Positions 8,577-19,789 of a stretch of 38,744 nt of DNA are shown piece by piece. The position numbers and the translations under genes were made by a program. Origin of the DNA: Candidatus Omnitrophota bacterium (GTDB lineage Bacteria; Omnitrophota; Gorgyraeia; Duberdicusellales; Duberdicusellaceae); the NCBI GenBank assembly GCA_003644445.1, contig QNCG01000003.1, positions 1-38,744 on the forward strand, in the 5' to 3' direction. Position 1 is the stretch's first letter, and each line of letters starts with the position of its first letter. The notes beneath the pieces are model-generated. The model worked only from the letters and a program-made list of their open reading frames with translations, was not told the origin of the DNA and did no database searches.

Positions 8577-8927
8577 TTATACCGTAGTTGCTTTCTTGCC
8601 TACTCTTCCCCTCAGATAATACAATCTTGCCCGGCGGGGTCTTCTTTTAGCTAACTGAACTATTTCTATCTTCTCTACCAGGGGCGAATAAAGAGGAAAA
8701 GTCATCTCCAAACCTTCTCCATAGGAGATCCTCCGGATGGTAAAACTCTTGCGATGAAGAGCACCTTGTATTTTCATTACAATCCCTTCTACTGAATGAA
8801 CCCTGCTCTTATCTTTCTCCTGAATCTTATAACTAACTCTTATAGTATCACCTACCTTAAACTCAGGAAAATCCTTTTTTAAGGAAGATTGCAATTCTTT
8901 TTCTACTTCTAATAGCTTGCCTCCCAT
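8577..8927 (-). CDS. rplS: 50S ribosomal protein L19
   Basis: FKVGDTIRV, FTIRRISYGEG, RRARLYYLR. Confidence 0.97.
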   Translation of the reverse strand: MGGKLLEVEKELQSSLKKDFPEFKVGDTIRVSYKIQEKDKSRVHSVEGIVMKIQGALHRKSFTIRRISYGEGLEMTFPLYSPLVEKIEIVQLAKRRPRRARLYYLRGRVGKKATTV

Positions 8928-8943
8928 TTCTTACCTCCCGGTT

Positions 8944-9621
8944 TTAAGCTTTCTTTAATAAATCTGGCCTATTCTCCTTGGTCTTCTCTAAAGCTTTTTT
9001 CTTACGCCAAAGCTCAATTTTTTTATGGTTTCCTGACAACAAAACCTTAGGAACTCTCCATCCCCGAAAGACTCGAGGCTTGGTATAATGAGGCCAGTCT
9101 AACCTGCCCTCTTCAAAACTCTCTTTTTCTATTGATTTTTTATCGCCTACTGCTCCCGGTAATAAGCGGGCTAAAACATCTACTAAAACCATAGCCGGAA
9201 TTTCTCCTCCCGAAAGAATATAGTCGCCAATTGATAGTTCTTCGTCAGCTAAATATTTAGCCACTCGCTCATCAACACCTTCATAGCGTCCACAAATAAG
9301 AATAAGTTGCTTGTATTTTAGAAATTGCTTGGCTCTTTTTTGAGTAAGAACTCTACCCTGTGGGCTTAAAAGAATTACCCTTGATTTCTTATCTGAAATT
9401 ACTGACTCTACTGCCTTAAATATCGGCTCGCACCTTAATACCATCCCCGCTCCTCCTCCATAAGGGGGAGCATCAACCTTTTTATGTTTACCTTTAGTAA
9501 AATCTCTAAGGTTATGGACGTAAATATTCAAAAGTTTTTTTTCTTGAGCAATCCTTACTATGCCTTCAGTAAAAACTGTAGAAAACATTTGAGGAAATAT
9601 AGTAATTATATCTATTCTCAT
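8944..9621 (-). CDS. trmD: tRNA (guanine37-N1)-methyltransferase
   Basis: PYGGGAGM, LLSPQG, CGRYEGVDER, SIGDYILSGGE, VLLSGNH. Confidence 0.98.
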   Translation of the reverse strand: MRIDIITIFPQMFSTVFTEGIVRIAQEKKLLNIYVHNLRDFTKGKHKKVDAPPYGGGAGMVLRCEPIFKAVESVISDKKSRVILLSPQGRVLTQKRAKQFLKYKQLILICGRYEGVDERVAKYLADEELSIGDYILSGGEIPAMVLVDVLARLLPGAVGDKKSIEKESFEEGRLDWPHYTKPRVFRGWRVPKVLLSGNHKKIELWRKKKALEKTKENRPDLLKKA

Positions 9622-9623
9622 AA

Positions 9624-10996
<1,373 letters not shown>

Positions 10997-10999
10997 TCT

Positions 11000-12046
11000 T
11001 TAAAATAACTTTTGTTGGACTTCTTTGTCGTAAGGAATACCCAGATGTCTGTAAGCTAATTCTGTAGCTATTCTTCCTCGAGGAGAACGCTTTACAAAGC
11101 CAATTTTTAGAAGATAGGGCTCAATTATATCTATTAAAGTATCTTGTTCTTCTCCTAAACTTGCCGAAAGAGCTTCTACTCCGGCCGGACCTCCTTTGTA
11201 AATTTCGATTAAGACTTTAAGGTACTTCCTGTCTAACTCTCCTAACCCCCTCTCATCAATCTTAAGAAAGCTCAAAGCCTTCTCTACCGTAGAAGTTTCA
11301 ATCTTCCCCTTCTCTTTAACCTGAGAATAATCTCTTACTCTTCTCAATAGCCGGTTAGCAATCCGGGGAGTGCCTCTTGCTCTCTTAGCTATCTCTAAAG
11401 CTGAAGGTCTATCAATCTTTACTTCCAGTATCTTGGCTGAACGCTCAATCACTAAAGTTAAATCTTCCTCACTATAGAAATCAAAATGAAAAAATAAACC
11501 AAACCTTCCCCTCAAAGGAGCACTTAAAAGCCCCTCGCGGGTAGTAGCCCCAATAAGGGTGAAGGGTTTAAGATTAAATTTTATACTTTTAGCGTAAGGG
11601 CCCTTGTCAATTACAAAATCTATTTGGAAATTCTCCATTGCTGGATATAAAAATTCCTCAACAACCTTGGAAAGGCGGTGAATTTCGTCAATAAATAAAA
11701 TATCTCCTCTTTCTAAATTAGTAAGTATACCTATTAAATCTCCAGCCCGCTCAATAGCCGGCCCAGAAGTAGCCATCACTTTTGAGGAAAGTTCGTGAGC
11801 TATACAGTAAGCAAGAGAGGTTTTCCCTAATCCCGGAGGGCCGGAAAGTAAAATATGTTCTAAGGGCTCAGACCTCTTCTTAGCTGCCTCTATAGCTATC
11901 TTTAAAGAAGAAACTATATCTTTCTGACCCACAAAATCAGAAAGATTCCGAGGTCTTAAAGAAAGATTAAACACGAAATCTTCGTCGGTCTCGGGAGGAA
12001 TCCCATTTTTTTTGAGTTCTATTTCTCTTTCCTTAAACTTAGACAT
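11000..12046 (-). CDS. ruvB: Holliday junction branch migration DNA helicase RuvB
   Basis: SLRP, GPPGLGKT, FIDEIHR, GATTREG, RGTPRIANRLL. Confidence 0.98.
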   Translation of the reverse strand: MSKFKEREIELKKNGIPPETDEDFVFNLSLRPRNLSDFVGQKDIVSSLKIAIEAAKKRSEPLEHILLSGPPGLGKTSLAYCIAHELSSKVMATSGPAIERAGDLIGILTNLERGDILFIDEIHRLSKVVEEFLYPAMENFQIDFVIDKGPYAKSIKFNLKPFTLIGATTREGLLSAPLRGRFGLFFHFDFYSEEDLTLVIERSAKILEVKIDRPSALEIAKRARGTPRIANRLLRRVRDYSQVKEKGKIETSTVEKALSFLKIDERGLGELDRKYLKVLIEIYKGGPAGVEALSASLGEEQDTLIDIIEPYLLKIGFVKRSPRGRIATELAYRHLGIPYDKEVQQKLF

Positions 12047-12752
12047 AAGCCTTATTAAACCTGGTAATTACTATCTTCCCAAACAGACCTTCCTGAAAAA
12101 CCGAAATCTCTTTAAGGCGGATAAGCTCTAATATCGCTAAAAAGAGAGCAACTATCTCCAGTTTATTCTTAGCTTTCTTAAAAAGTTCGCTCAATTCAAC
12201 TTTCTCTTCTACTAAAAGAAGGTGGAGTATATCATGAATCTTCTCTTCCACAGTAAACTCATCTTTTATAACTTCTAAAAACACCTCCTTAGGGATATCC
12301 TTTAAGGCAGCCTTAAAAGCAGAAATTAAATCAAAGATGCTGGCTTCAAAATAAATTTCCTCAGGGTTATAATTTAGTAAGCTGTCAGGTCTTCTTAAAT
12401 ATTTAAGACGTTCTGCTTCTTTTTCTTTTAAAAATTTAGCTGCTTGTTTATATTTTTGATATTCTAAAAGTTTTCTCACCAGTTCCTGCCGGGGGTCTTC
12501 CTCTTCAGTTATTTCTTCAGAAGTAGGGGGTTTAGGTATAAGCAACCGAGACTTTATCTGAATCAAAGTAGCTGCCATAACTAAATACTCCGAAGCTATA
12601 TTTATATCCAACAACTTCATTAATTCTAAATATTCTAAGTACTGCTGTAAAACTAAAGCTATAGGAATATCTTTTATATCGATGTGATTCTTTCTAATGA
12701 GATAAAGAAGCAAATCTAAAGGTCCTTCAAATATCTCCAGCTTTATTTTCAT
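12039..12752 (-). CDS. scpA: Segregation and condensation protein A (kleisin)
   Basis: FEGPLDLLL, EYLVMAATL, KSRLL, EDPR, FLAILEL. Confidence 0.95.
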   Translation of the reverse strand: MKIKLEIFEGPLDLLLYLIRKNHIDIKDIPIALVLQQYLEYLELMKLLDINIASEYLVMAATLIQIKSRLLIPKPPTSEEITEEEDPRQELVRKLLEYQKYKQAAKFLKEKEAERLKYLRRPDSLLNYNPEEIYFEASIFDLISAFKAALKDIPKEVFLEVIKDEFTVEEKIHDILHLLLVEEKVELSELFKKAKNKLEIVALFLAILELIRLKEISVFQEGLFGKIVITRFNKAYV

Positions 12753-13741
12753 AAACCTATTATCTTCTTTACCTGGGCTAAAGTTTTCTTTGCTTCTTGA
12801 GAAGCCTTCTCTCTTCCTTCCTCTATAAGAGACAACAACTTTTCTCTATCTTGAAGAAGGGCCTTCTTTTTTTCTCTCTTAGGAGTTATAAACTTACAAA
12901 ATTCTTCAGCTAAGATAGATTTACACTCTGTACAGCCTTTTTCTGCCTGAGTACACCAATTAAATACCTCTTCCTGATAAACAGGGAAAAATGCTTTATA
13001 GTAAGAATAAACATTACAAACCTCAGGCCTGCCAGGGTCTTTGCGCCTTATCCTTTGGGGGTCAGTAAACATACTCATTACTTTCTCTTTTATAATCGAG
13101 TCTTCTTCAGAAAGGTAGATACAATTATTATAGCTCTTACTCATCTTCCTCCCATCTAAACCTAATAACCTTCGAACTTCAGTTAAAATAGGTTGAGGCT
13201 CAGGAAATATTTCCTGGTGATAAATAAAATGAAATCTCCTGAGAATCTGGCGGGTTAGTTCTAAATGAGGTAGTTGATCCTCTCCTACTGGAACAAAGTC
13301 AGCTTTGTAAATCAGAATATCTGAAGCCTGAAGTACCGGATAACCCAAAAAGGCATGGGTATTGATTTCTTTGGTCTTAAGTTGAGAAATCTGTTCCTTA
13401 AAAGTAGGGCATCTATACAACCAGCCTAAAGGAGTAAGCACAGAGAAGACCATAAACAGCTCCAGATGTTCTTTTACTTCAGACTGAATAAATATTACCG
13501 CTTCCTCAGGAGAAATTCCCCAACTCAACCAGTCAGCTATGTTATCTAAAGTTGTCTCTCTTATTGAAGTAGGGTCTTTATATTCGCTCATTAAAGCGTG
13601 CCAGTCAGCTACCATAAAAAAACACTCATATTCTTTCTGGAGCTCTACCCATTTAGAAAGAGTACCGGCCCAATGGCCTAAATGAAGTTTTCCTGTAGGG
13701 CGCATCCCGCTTAATACTCTCTTTTTGCCCTTTTCTCCCAT
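12749..13741 (-). CDS. trpS: Tryptophan--tRNA ligase
   Basis: SGMRPTGKLHLGH (HIGH), YPVLQASDIL, VPVGEDQ, KMSKS. Confidence 0.98.
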   Translation of the reverse strand: MGEKGKKRVLSGMRPTGKLHLGHWAGTLSKWVELQKEYECFFMVADWHALMSEYKDPTSIRETTLDNIADWLSWGISPEEAVIFIQSEVKEHLELFMVFSVLTPLGWLYRCPTFKEQISQLKTKEINTHAFLGYPVLQASDILIYKADFVPVGEDQLPHLELTRQILRRFHFIYHQEIFPEPQPILTEVRRLLGLDGRKMSKSYNNCIYLSEEDSIIKEKVMSMFTDPQRIRRKDPGRPEVCNVYSYYKAFFPVYQEEVFNWCTQAEKGCTECKSILAEEFCKFITPKREKKKALLQDREKLLSLIEEGREKASQEAKKTLAQVKKIIGL

Positions 13742-13750
13742 CTCTTATAA

Positions 13751-15664
13751 TTAAATTTGAATCTTGCGGGTTTTAGTTTCTTCAGTGAAAACTTCAATCA
13801 CATCTTCTTCTTTAATATCATTAAAACCTACTCCTATCCCACACTCAAAACCTTCTAAAACCTCTCGGACATCATCTTTAAATCTCTTAAGAGAAGAAAC
13901 TCTTCCTTCAAAAACTACCTCTCCTGTTCTTAAAACTCTGCAAAAAGCATTCCTCAATATCCTGCCTTTCTCCACTATACAGCCAGCAATCACGCCGGCT
14001 TTAGAAAGCTTAAATACCTTCTTCACTTTAGCTCTTCCTAAGAAGACTCGCTCTATCTTAGGCTCAAGCAACCCTTCTAAGGCTGATTTTACTTCCGATA
14101 TTAATTCGTAGATAATCTGATAAGTCTTAATCTGAATATTTTTTTCCTGAGCCTTTTTAGAGGCTTGAGGTTCTACATTTACTTTAAACCCTAATATTAA
14201 AGCATCAGAAGCATCAGCTAATATTACATCAGAAAGATTAACCACCCCGACCCCCTTATGAAGAATCTTAATCTCTATAGAGGGAACTTCTATCTTTTTT
14301 AAGATATCTTCAATTGCCTCTAAAGTTCCATAAGTATCAGCCTTTATAATTACTCTGAATTCTTTAAGTTCTTGTTTTTTAATCTTCTCATAGATATTCT
14401 CTAATCTTACATGTTCAGGAATTACTTTTTTCTCTTTCTTCCCTCTTCTCTTCTCCACAATCCTAATTGCCTCTTTCTCCTCAGGAACAACTATAAACCT
14501 TTCTCCAGCAGAAACTAATCCTCCCAAACCCACTAATTCCACCGGCATAGAAGGATAGGCTTCTTTTAAAGAATTACCTCGGTCATCTCTCAGCAACCTC
14601 ACTCTACCCCATTGATCAGCACAAACTACAACATCTCCTACCCTGAAAGTACCCTGTTGAACTATTACTGTTGCTATTGGACCCAACCCTTTAGAAAGTT
14701 TTGCCTCTAATACTACTCCTAAGGCCGGACGCTGATAATCTGCCTTTAACTCCAGCAATTCTGCCTCTAAAAGGAGCATTTCTAAAAGTTCATCTATTCC
14801 CTCCCCTGTCTTGGCTGAAACTAAAACTGTGGTAGTTTGACCCCCCCAGTCTTCAGGGCTAAGTCCTAATTTAGAAAGTTGCTGTTTTACCATATCGGGT
14901 TGAGCCTGAGGTTTGTCTATCTTGTTTATAGCCACTACTATGGGCACACCCGCAGCTTTAGCGTGGCTTATAGCCTCTTCAGTCTGAGGTTTTACTCCTT
15001 CATCAGCAGCCACTACTAAAACTACGATATCAGTAAGATTAGCCCCTCTGGCTCGCATAGAAGTAAAAGTTTCATGACCGGGAGTATCAATAAAAGTAAT
15101 CTTACCCTTAGGAGTCTCTACCTGATAAGCTCCTATGTGCTGGGTAATTCCACCTGTCTCCTTCTCAGTAAGTCTGGACTTTCGGATAAAATCTAAAAGA
15201 GAGGTTTTGCCGTGGTCAATATGTCCCATAAGGGTGACTACCGGGGGCCGGGGTTTAGCTCTGCTTTCGTCAAGAATCTCTCTTTCAATTAGCTCTTCTT
15301 CTAAAGAAGTCTTTTCTTTAAGAGTAAATCCTAACTGGTAAGCTAAATCCTTAGCTAATTCTTGGTCTATATTCTGGTTTATATTTAAAAACTTTCCCTT
15401 CCTAAGAAGGAGTTGAACGATTTCCGAAGGCTTCTTACCCAGTTTTACTGAAAAATCCTTAACAGTAAGAGGAAATTCCACCTCCACAATATTTTTACTA
15501 ATCTCTTTCTCTTTAAGACCTTTAAATTCTTCCTTAATAATCTGGGCGGTTTCTTCATCTATAATAGAAAGGTGGCTTTTAACTGGAAAATTCATCTCTT
15601 TAAGTTTTTTAAGAAACTCTTTAGAATCTAAGCCTAATTCTTTTGCTAACTCATAAACTCTCAT
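13751..15664 (-). CDS. infB: Translation initiation factor IF-2
   Basis: RVYELAKEL, MGHIDHGKT, GGITQHIGA, DTPGH, NKID, SLKRFKDDVREV. Confidence 0.98.
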   Translation of the reverse strand: MRVYELAKELGLDSKEFLKKLKEMNFPVKSHLSIIDEETAQIIKEEFKGLKEKEISKNIVEVEFPLTVKDFSVKLGKKPSEIVQLLLRKGKFLNINQNIDQELAKDLAYQLGFTLKEKTSLEEELIEREILDESRAKPRPPVVTLMGHIDHGKTSLLDFIRKSRLTEKETGGITQHIGAYQVETPKGKITFIDTPGHETFTSMRARGANLTDIVVLVVAADEGVKPQTEEAISHAKAAGVPIVVAINKIDKPQAQPDMVKQQLSKLGLSPEDWGGQTTTVLVSAKTGEGIDELLEMLLLEAELLELKADYQRPALGVVLEAKLSKGLGPIATVIVQQGTFRVGDVVVCADQWGRVRLLRDDRGNSLKEAYPSMPVELVGLGGLVSAGERFIVVPEEKEAIRIVEKRRGKKEKKVIPEHVRLENIYEKIKKQELKEFRVIIKADTYGTLEAIEDILKKIEVPSIEIKILHKGVGVVNLSDVILADASDALILGFKVNVEPQASKKAQEKNIQIKTYQIIYELISEVKSALEGLLEPKIERVFLGRAKVKKVFKLSKAGVIAGCIVEKGRILRNAFCRVLRTGEVVFEGRVSSLKRFKDDVREVLEGFECGIGVGFNDIKEEDVIEVFTEETKTRKIQI

Positions 15665-16797
15665 CTTTCCAACATCTTTTTAGCCTGCTCAATAATCTCC
15701 TGGGCCTTTTTCTTACCTATCCCTTTTATCTGGGATAAATCCTTAATGTCAGCCCTAGCTAAGGAATCTAAACTTTGAAAACCTGCTTTTATTAAGTTCT
15801 CTACAGTGTGAGTTCCTACTCCTTTCAACTTATTGAGTTCTTCTGCTTCTTTCTTTATCTCCTCTTTAGAGCGGATATCCAATTCCCAACCAGTAAGTCG
15901 GGAAGCCAACCTTACATTTTGACCGCCTTTACCAATGGCCAATGAAAGCTGGCTTTTATCCACTACTACTAAGGCTCTCTTCTCTCTTTTATTTAGAACT
16001 ATCTTACTCACTTCAGCAGGAGAGAGGCTTTCTCTTATAAACTTCTGAGGGTCTTCTGAATATCTAACTATATCTATTTTTTCTCCTTTTAACTCTTGAA
16101 CGATATTCTTTACCCGCGAGCCTCTCATCCCCACACAGGCTCCTACACAATCTACCTTATCGTCTTTAGAATAAACTGCAATCTTAGTTCTATCCCCTGG
16201 GTCTCTGGCTATAGACTTTATCTCTACAATCCCTTCGTAAATTTCAGGAACCTCCAGTTCAAATAATTTTTTAACAAAATTAGCCATCCTTCGGGAAGCT
16301 ATAACTTGGGGGGTCCTATCTTTTTTTACTTCTAAACAATAGGCTCTCACTCTTTCTCCTAATTTGAAACTATCTAAAGGAGAAAGTTCTCTCTTGGGAA
16401 TAATTGCCTCAGTCTTCCCCAAAAGGTCTAAAACAACCCCGGCTTTCTCAAACCTATAAACAGAGCCAGAAATAAGTGAACCTACTTTGTCTTTAAACTC
16501 ATTAAAAATAACCTCTTTTTCTGCTTCTCTAATTTTCTGAATTATAACCTGTTTAGCAGTCTGGGCAGCAATTCGGGCTAAACTTTCGGAAAGAATCTCT
16601 TCACCCCCCACAAAGGCCCTAATCTTTCCATTTTTAGGGTCAATCTTTACAGAAATTTCAGCCGAAGGATTGGTTATTTTAGCAATCTTCTTAGCCGCTA
16701 CAACTAAAGCTTGTTCTATAGCTTGGATAAGCTTTTCCTTCTGAATACCCTTCTCTCTTTCTATCTGTTCCAGTATTGCTAATAACTCTCCATCCAT
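15661..16797 (-). CDS. nusA: Transcription termination/antitermination factor NusA
   Basis: RIAAQTAKQVI, ARDPGDRTKIAV, GACVGMRGSR, AIGKGGQNVRLA, C-terminal HhH repeats. Confidence 0.98.
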   Translation of the reverse strand: MDGELLAILEQIEREKGIQKEKLIQAIEQALVVAAKKIAKITNPSAEISVKIDPKNGKIRAFVGGEEILSESLARIAAQTAKQVIIQKIREAEKEVIFNEFKDKVGSLISGSVYRFEKAGVVLDLLGKTEAIIPKRELSPLDSFKLGERVRAYCLEVKKDRTPQVIASRRMANFVKKLFELEVPEIYEGIVEIKSIARDPGDRTKIAVYSKDDKVDCVGACVGMRGSRVKNIVQELKGEKIDIVRYSEDPQKFIRESLSPAEVSKIVLNKREKRALVVVDKSQLSLAIGKGGQNVRLASRLTGWELDIRSKEEIKKEAEELNKLKGVGTHTVENLIKAGFQSLDSLARADIKDLSQIKGIGKKKAQEIIEQAKKMLER

Positions 16798-16799
16798 TT

Positions 16800-17291
16800 T
16801 TATTCCTCCTCAGAATTGCTCCTATAATTTACTCTCTGGGTAGCTTTTCTAATCTTAACTAAAGGAATAGGTAAATTCCCCTCCCTTGTTTCTAAGAGAA
16901 CTTCTCCTTTGAATACATCTATTCCAGAAACCTTGCCTTGAATAGGCTTTTTAAAGTCTTGGCCCTGAAACCAAACATTAATTTCTCTTCCTCTTACTCT
17001 CAAAAAATCCTTAAGAGTCTTGAGTTCCCTCTTAATTCCCGGAGAAGAAACTTCTAAAATAAAAGGACTCTCTAAAAAATCTTCCTTGTCTAAATAATCA
17101 GATAATTTTTTGTTTATATATTGGCAATCCTCTAAAGTTATACCTCCTTCTTTAAAGTCTATTAATATCCTCAAGAAAAGTCTTCCCTTATTATAGAAGA
17201 GTTTAAGTTCAAAAACTTCAAACCCTTCTTTTTCCACGAGAGGAGTAATTTTCTTCCTAAGAAAAGCCTGTTTTTCTTGTAGGGAATTCAT
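16800..17291 (-). CDS. rimP: Ribosome maturation factor RimP
   Basis: LRILID...GITLEDC, LEVSSPG; immediately upstream of nusA. Confidence 0.95.
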   Translation of the reverse strand: MNSLQEKQAFLRKKITPLVEKEGFEVFELKLFYNKGRLFLRILIDFKEGGITLEDCQYINKKLSDYLDKEDFLESPFILEVSSPGIKRELKTLKDFLRVRGREINVWFQGQDFKKPIQGKVSGIDVFKGEVLLETREGNLPIPLVKIRKATQRVNYRSNSEEE

Positions 17292-18544
17292 CCAAAAAAA
17301 TCTTTACCTGTCCTAACTTTAATCTTATTTCGGAAAGAAGGAATATATCCGGTGAATTCTCCTTTAAGAGTTTCTTTGTCCTCTTTGAACTCTGTTTTTA
17401 ATGAAAATATATCCTTAACTTTATAGTCCCCTTGTTCATAGACAACTTCGGAAATTTGAGAAATTACTCTCCTGCCTTGCAAAGTTCTTTTAAGATGAAT
17501 TACCAAGTCTACCCCCCTACTCAAGAACCTTTTTATTACCTCTGCTTGAATATTGGGTTTAGCCATTAAACCTAAAGTTTCTAACCGAATTAAAGCATCG
17601 AAAGTATCGTTGGCATGAAGTGTACACATAGAACCTTCATGCCCAGTATTTATAGCCTGTAAAAAATAGAAAACTTCCTCTCCCCTTACCTCTCCTATAA
17701 TTATTCTATCGGGCCTTAAGTGGAGAGAAAGTCTAACCAAATCGTAAAGGGTAATTTCACCCTTACCCTCTATATTAGGAGAACGGGTAAGGAGTTTTAA
17801 AAAGTGGAAGTCCTCAGAAAGAGAAAGTTCCTCGGTATCCTCAATTATTATCATCCTCTCATTATTGGGTACAAATCTTAGAAGGGTATTAAGAAGAGTA
17901 GTCTTGCCTGCTCCGGTTGAACCGGTTATTAGGATATTAAGACGGGATTTTACGCTTAATTCTAAAAAGTCTAATACTTCAGGAGTCAAGGTTCCTAAAT
18001 TTATTAGATCCTGAGGTTGAAACGCTTCTGCAGTAAACTTTCTTATACAGATAGAAGGCGAAATAGACACCGGAGGAATTACTGCTGTTACTCTTGAACC
18101 GTCATCTAGTCTAAAATCCACAAAAGGAGAAAACTGGTCTATCCTTCTAGAACTGCCAGTCAACATCCTTTCAATTATAGTTTTTATCTCCTCAGCACTC
18201 TTAAAATTTAGCTCTACTCTCTTTAATTCACCCCCTTTCTCAATAAATACCTGAAAAGGACTATTTACCAAAATATCAGTAATTAAGGGGTCTTTCATCA
18301 AATCTTCTAAACCTCCATAGCCTATAACTTCAGAGACAATCTCTAAAGAGAAGTTATCTAACTCTTGCTCTGATAGAACTAATTTAGACTTATTAACAAT
18401 CTTTCTTAGAATATTATCTGATATTTCTTTAACTGCTTTTCTTCTTAAATCCTCTTTTAAAGAAAGAATTTTTTCTTTATTATCAAATATTCTTTCTTTC
18501 AATTCTCTCTTGGCCTTCTCTTTAATTAAATTTAACTCTTCCAT
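17288..18544 (-). CDS. cpaF: TadA/CpaF family pilus assembly ATPase (paralog between proS and rimP)
   Basis: ITDILVN, RRID..SPFVD.RL.DGSRV, SICIRKF, Walker A GSTGAGKTT, IEDTEEL, LRPDRIIIGEVRG, NTGHEGSMCTLHAN. Confidence 0.92.
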   Translation of the reverse strand: MEELNLIKEKAKRELKERIFDNKEKILSLKEDLRRKAVKEISDNILRKIVNKSKLVLSEQELDNFSLEIVSEVIGYGGLEDLMKDPLITDILVNSPFQVFIEKGGELKRVELNFKSAEEIKTIIERMLTGSSRRIDQFSPFVDFRLDDGSRVTAVIPPVSISPSICIRKFTAEAFQPQDLINLGTLTPEVLDFLELSVKSRLNILITGSTGAGKTTLLNTLLRFVPNNERMIIIEDTEELSLSEDFHFLKLLTRSPNIEGKGEITLYDLVRLSLHLRPDRIIIGEVRGEEVFYFLQAINTGHEGSMCTLHANDTFDALIRLETLGLMAKPNIQAEVIKRFLSRGVDLVIHLKRTLQGRRVISQISEVVYEQGDYKVKDIFSLKTEFKEDKETLKGEFTGYIPSFRNKIKVRTGKDFFG

Positions 18545-19781
18545 TTTTTTCCCTTATAGAATTTACTAAAGGTTCTAAATAATTCTTTTTATCTATAAAA
18601 AGCTTCTTTTTATCTCTTCTCCAGATAAATTCTAATTTATCTTCAGAGAAATTCTTTTTTCCCACTACTATTAAATAAGGTATACCTATTAAGTAGGCGT
18701 CCTTAAACTTTACTCCCGAATATTCAGCTCGCTCATCTAATAATACCTGAAAACCTCGCTGAGTAAGGGTATTATAAACCTGAAAACAAAAAGAGAGGAT
18801 TTCTTCTTCTTCAGGATTAAGACAGACTATCTCTATATCAAAAGGAGCTATACTTTCTGGCCAAATTATCCCCTCAGAATCATAGTTTTGCTCTATTACT
18901 CCCGAAAGAAGTCTGCTCACTCCTATTCCGTAACAGCCCATAACAATAGCCAATCTTTTACCTTTCTCATCTAAAAAATAAGCTCCTAACTTTTCTGAAT
19001 AAATAGTCCCAAGTTTAAAAATATGACCTAACTCTAACCCTTTCTTTTCTGAGTAATCTCTGCTCTTACATTTAGGACAGCAGTCTTTATCTCTAAAATA
19101 AAAACCACAATTTTTACATTGAAAAAAATTATCTTCTCCCGAAGAACTCTCTATTAAGAACTCACAAGAAGCACTCCCTCCAATAAAACCCACATCAGCT
19201 GAAAAAACTAAAGGTTCAAGGCCACACTCTTTAAATATCTTCTCATAAGCTGAGTACATACCTTGATAACTTTTTTCTAAACCCTCCTCATTCCTATCAA
19301 AACTGTAAGCATCCTTCATTATAAACTCACAACTTCTAACCAGCCCTCCTTTAGGCCTTAACTCGTCTCTAAACTTAGTCTGAATCTGATAAAGAATTAA
19401 AGGAAGCTCACGGTAAGAAGAAATATACTTACTTACTAAATCGGTAATCACCTCTTCATGGGTAGGTCCCAGACAGAGAGCCCTTCCTCTTCTGTCTTTA
19501 AACTTAATCATGACTTCACCTAAAAGGTCGCACCTTTCAGTCTTCTGCCATAAATCTAAAGGCTGGAGAGCAGGAAGTAAAACTTCACAAGCCTCTAAAC
19601 TATTCATATTCTTTCTTACTATAGCTTCTATTCTCCTTAAAACCCTCAAACCTAAGGGAAGATAGGAATATATCCCTGAAGCTAAAGGAGAAATAAGGCC
19701 TGCTTTTAAAGAGAGCTTAAAAGAAATAGATTCTTCTTTTACTTCTCTTAAAGTAGGAATAAAATATTTAGAAAAAAGCAT
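18522..19781 (-). CDS. proS: Proline--tRNA ligase (bacterial type, short form without INS editing domain)
   Basis: GIYSYLPLG, LGPTHEEVIT, YQIQTKFRDE.RP..GL.R..EF.MKDAYSF, ELGHIFKLG, MGCYGIGVSR, GIIWP. Confidence 0.97.
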   Translation of the reverse strand: MLFSKYFIPTLREVKEESISFKLSLKAGLISPLASGIYSYLPLGLRVLRRIEAIVRKNMNSLEACEVLLPALQPLDLWQKTERCDLLGEVMIKFKDRRGRALCLGPTHEEVITDLVSKYISSYRELPLILYQIQTKFRDELRPKGGLVRSCEFIMKDAYSFDRNEEGLEKSYQGMYSAYEKIFKECGLEPLVFSADVGFIGGSASCEFLIESSSGEDNFFQCKNCGFYFRDKDCCPKCKSRDYSEKKGLELGHIFKLGTIYSEKLGAYFLDEKGKRLAIVMGCYGIGVSRLLSGVIEQNYDSEGIIWPESIAPFDIEIVCLNPEEEEILSFCFQVYNTLTQRGFQVLLDERAEYSGVKFKDAYLIGIPYLIVVGKKNFSEDKLEFIWRRDKKKLFIDKKNYLEPLVNSIREKNGRVKFN

Positions 19782-19789
19782 TTTTTATT

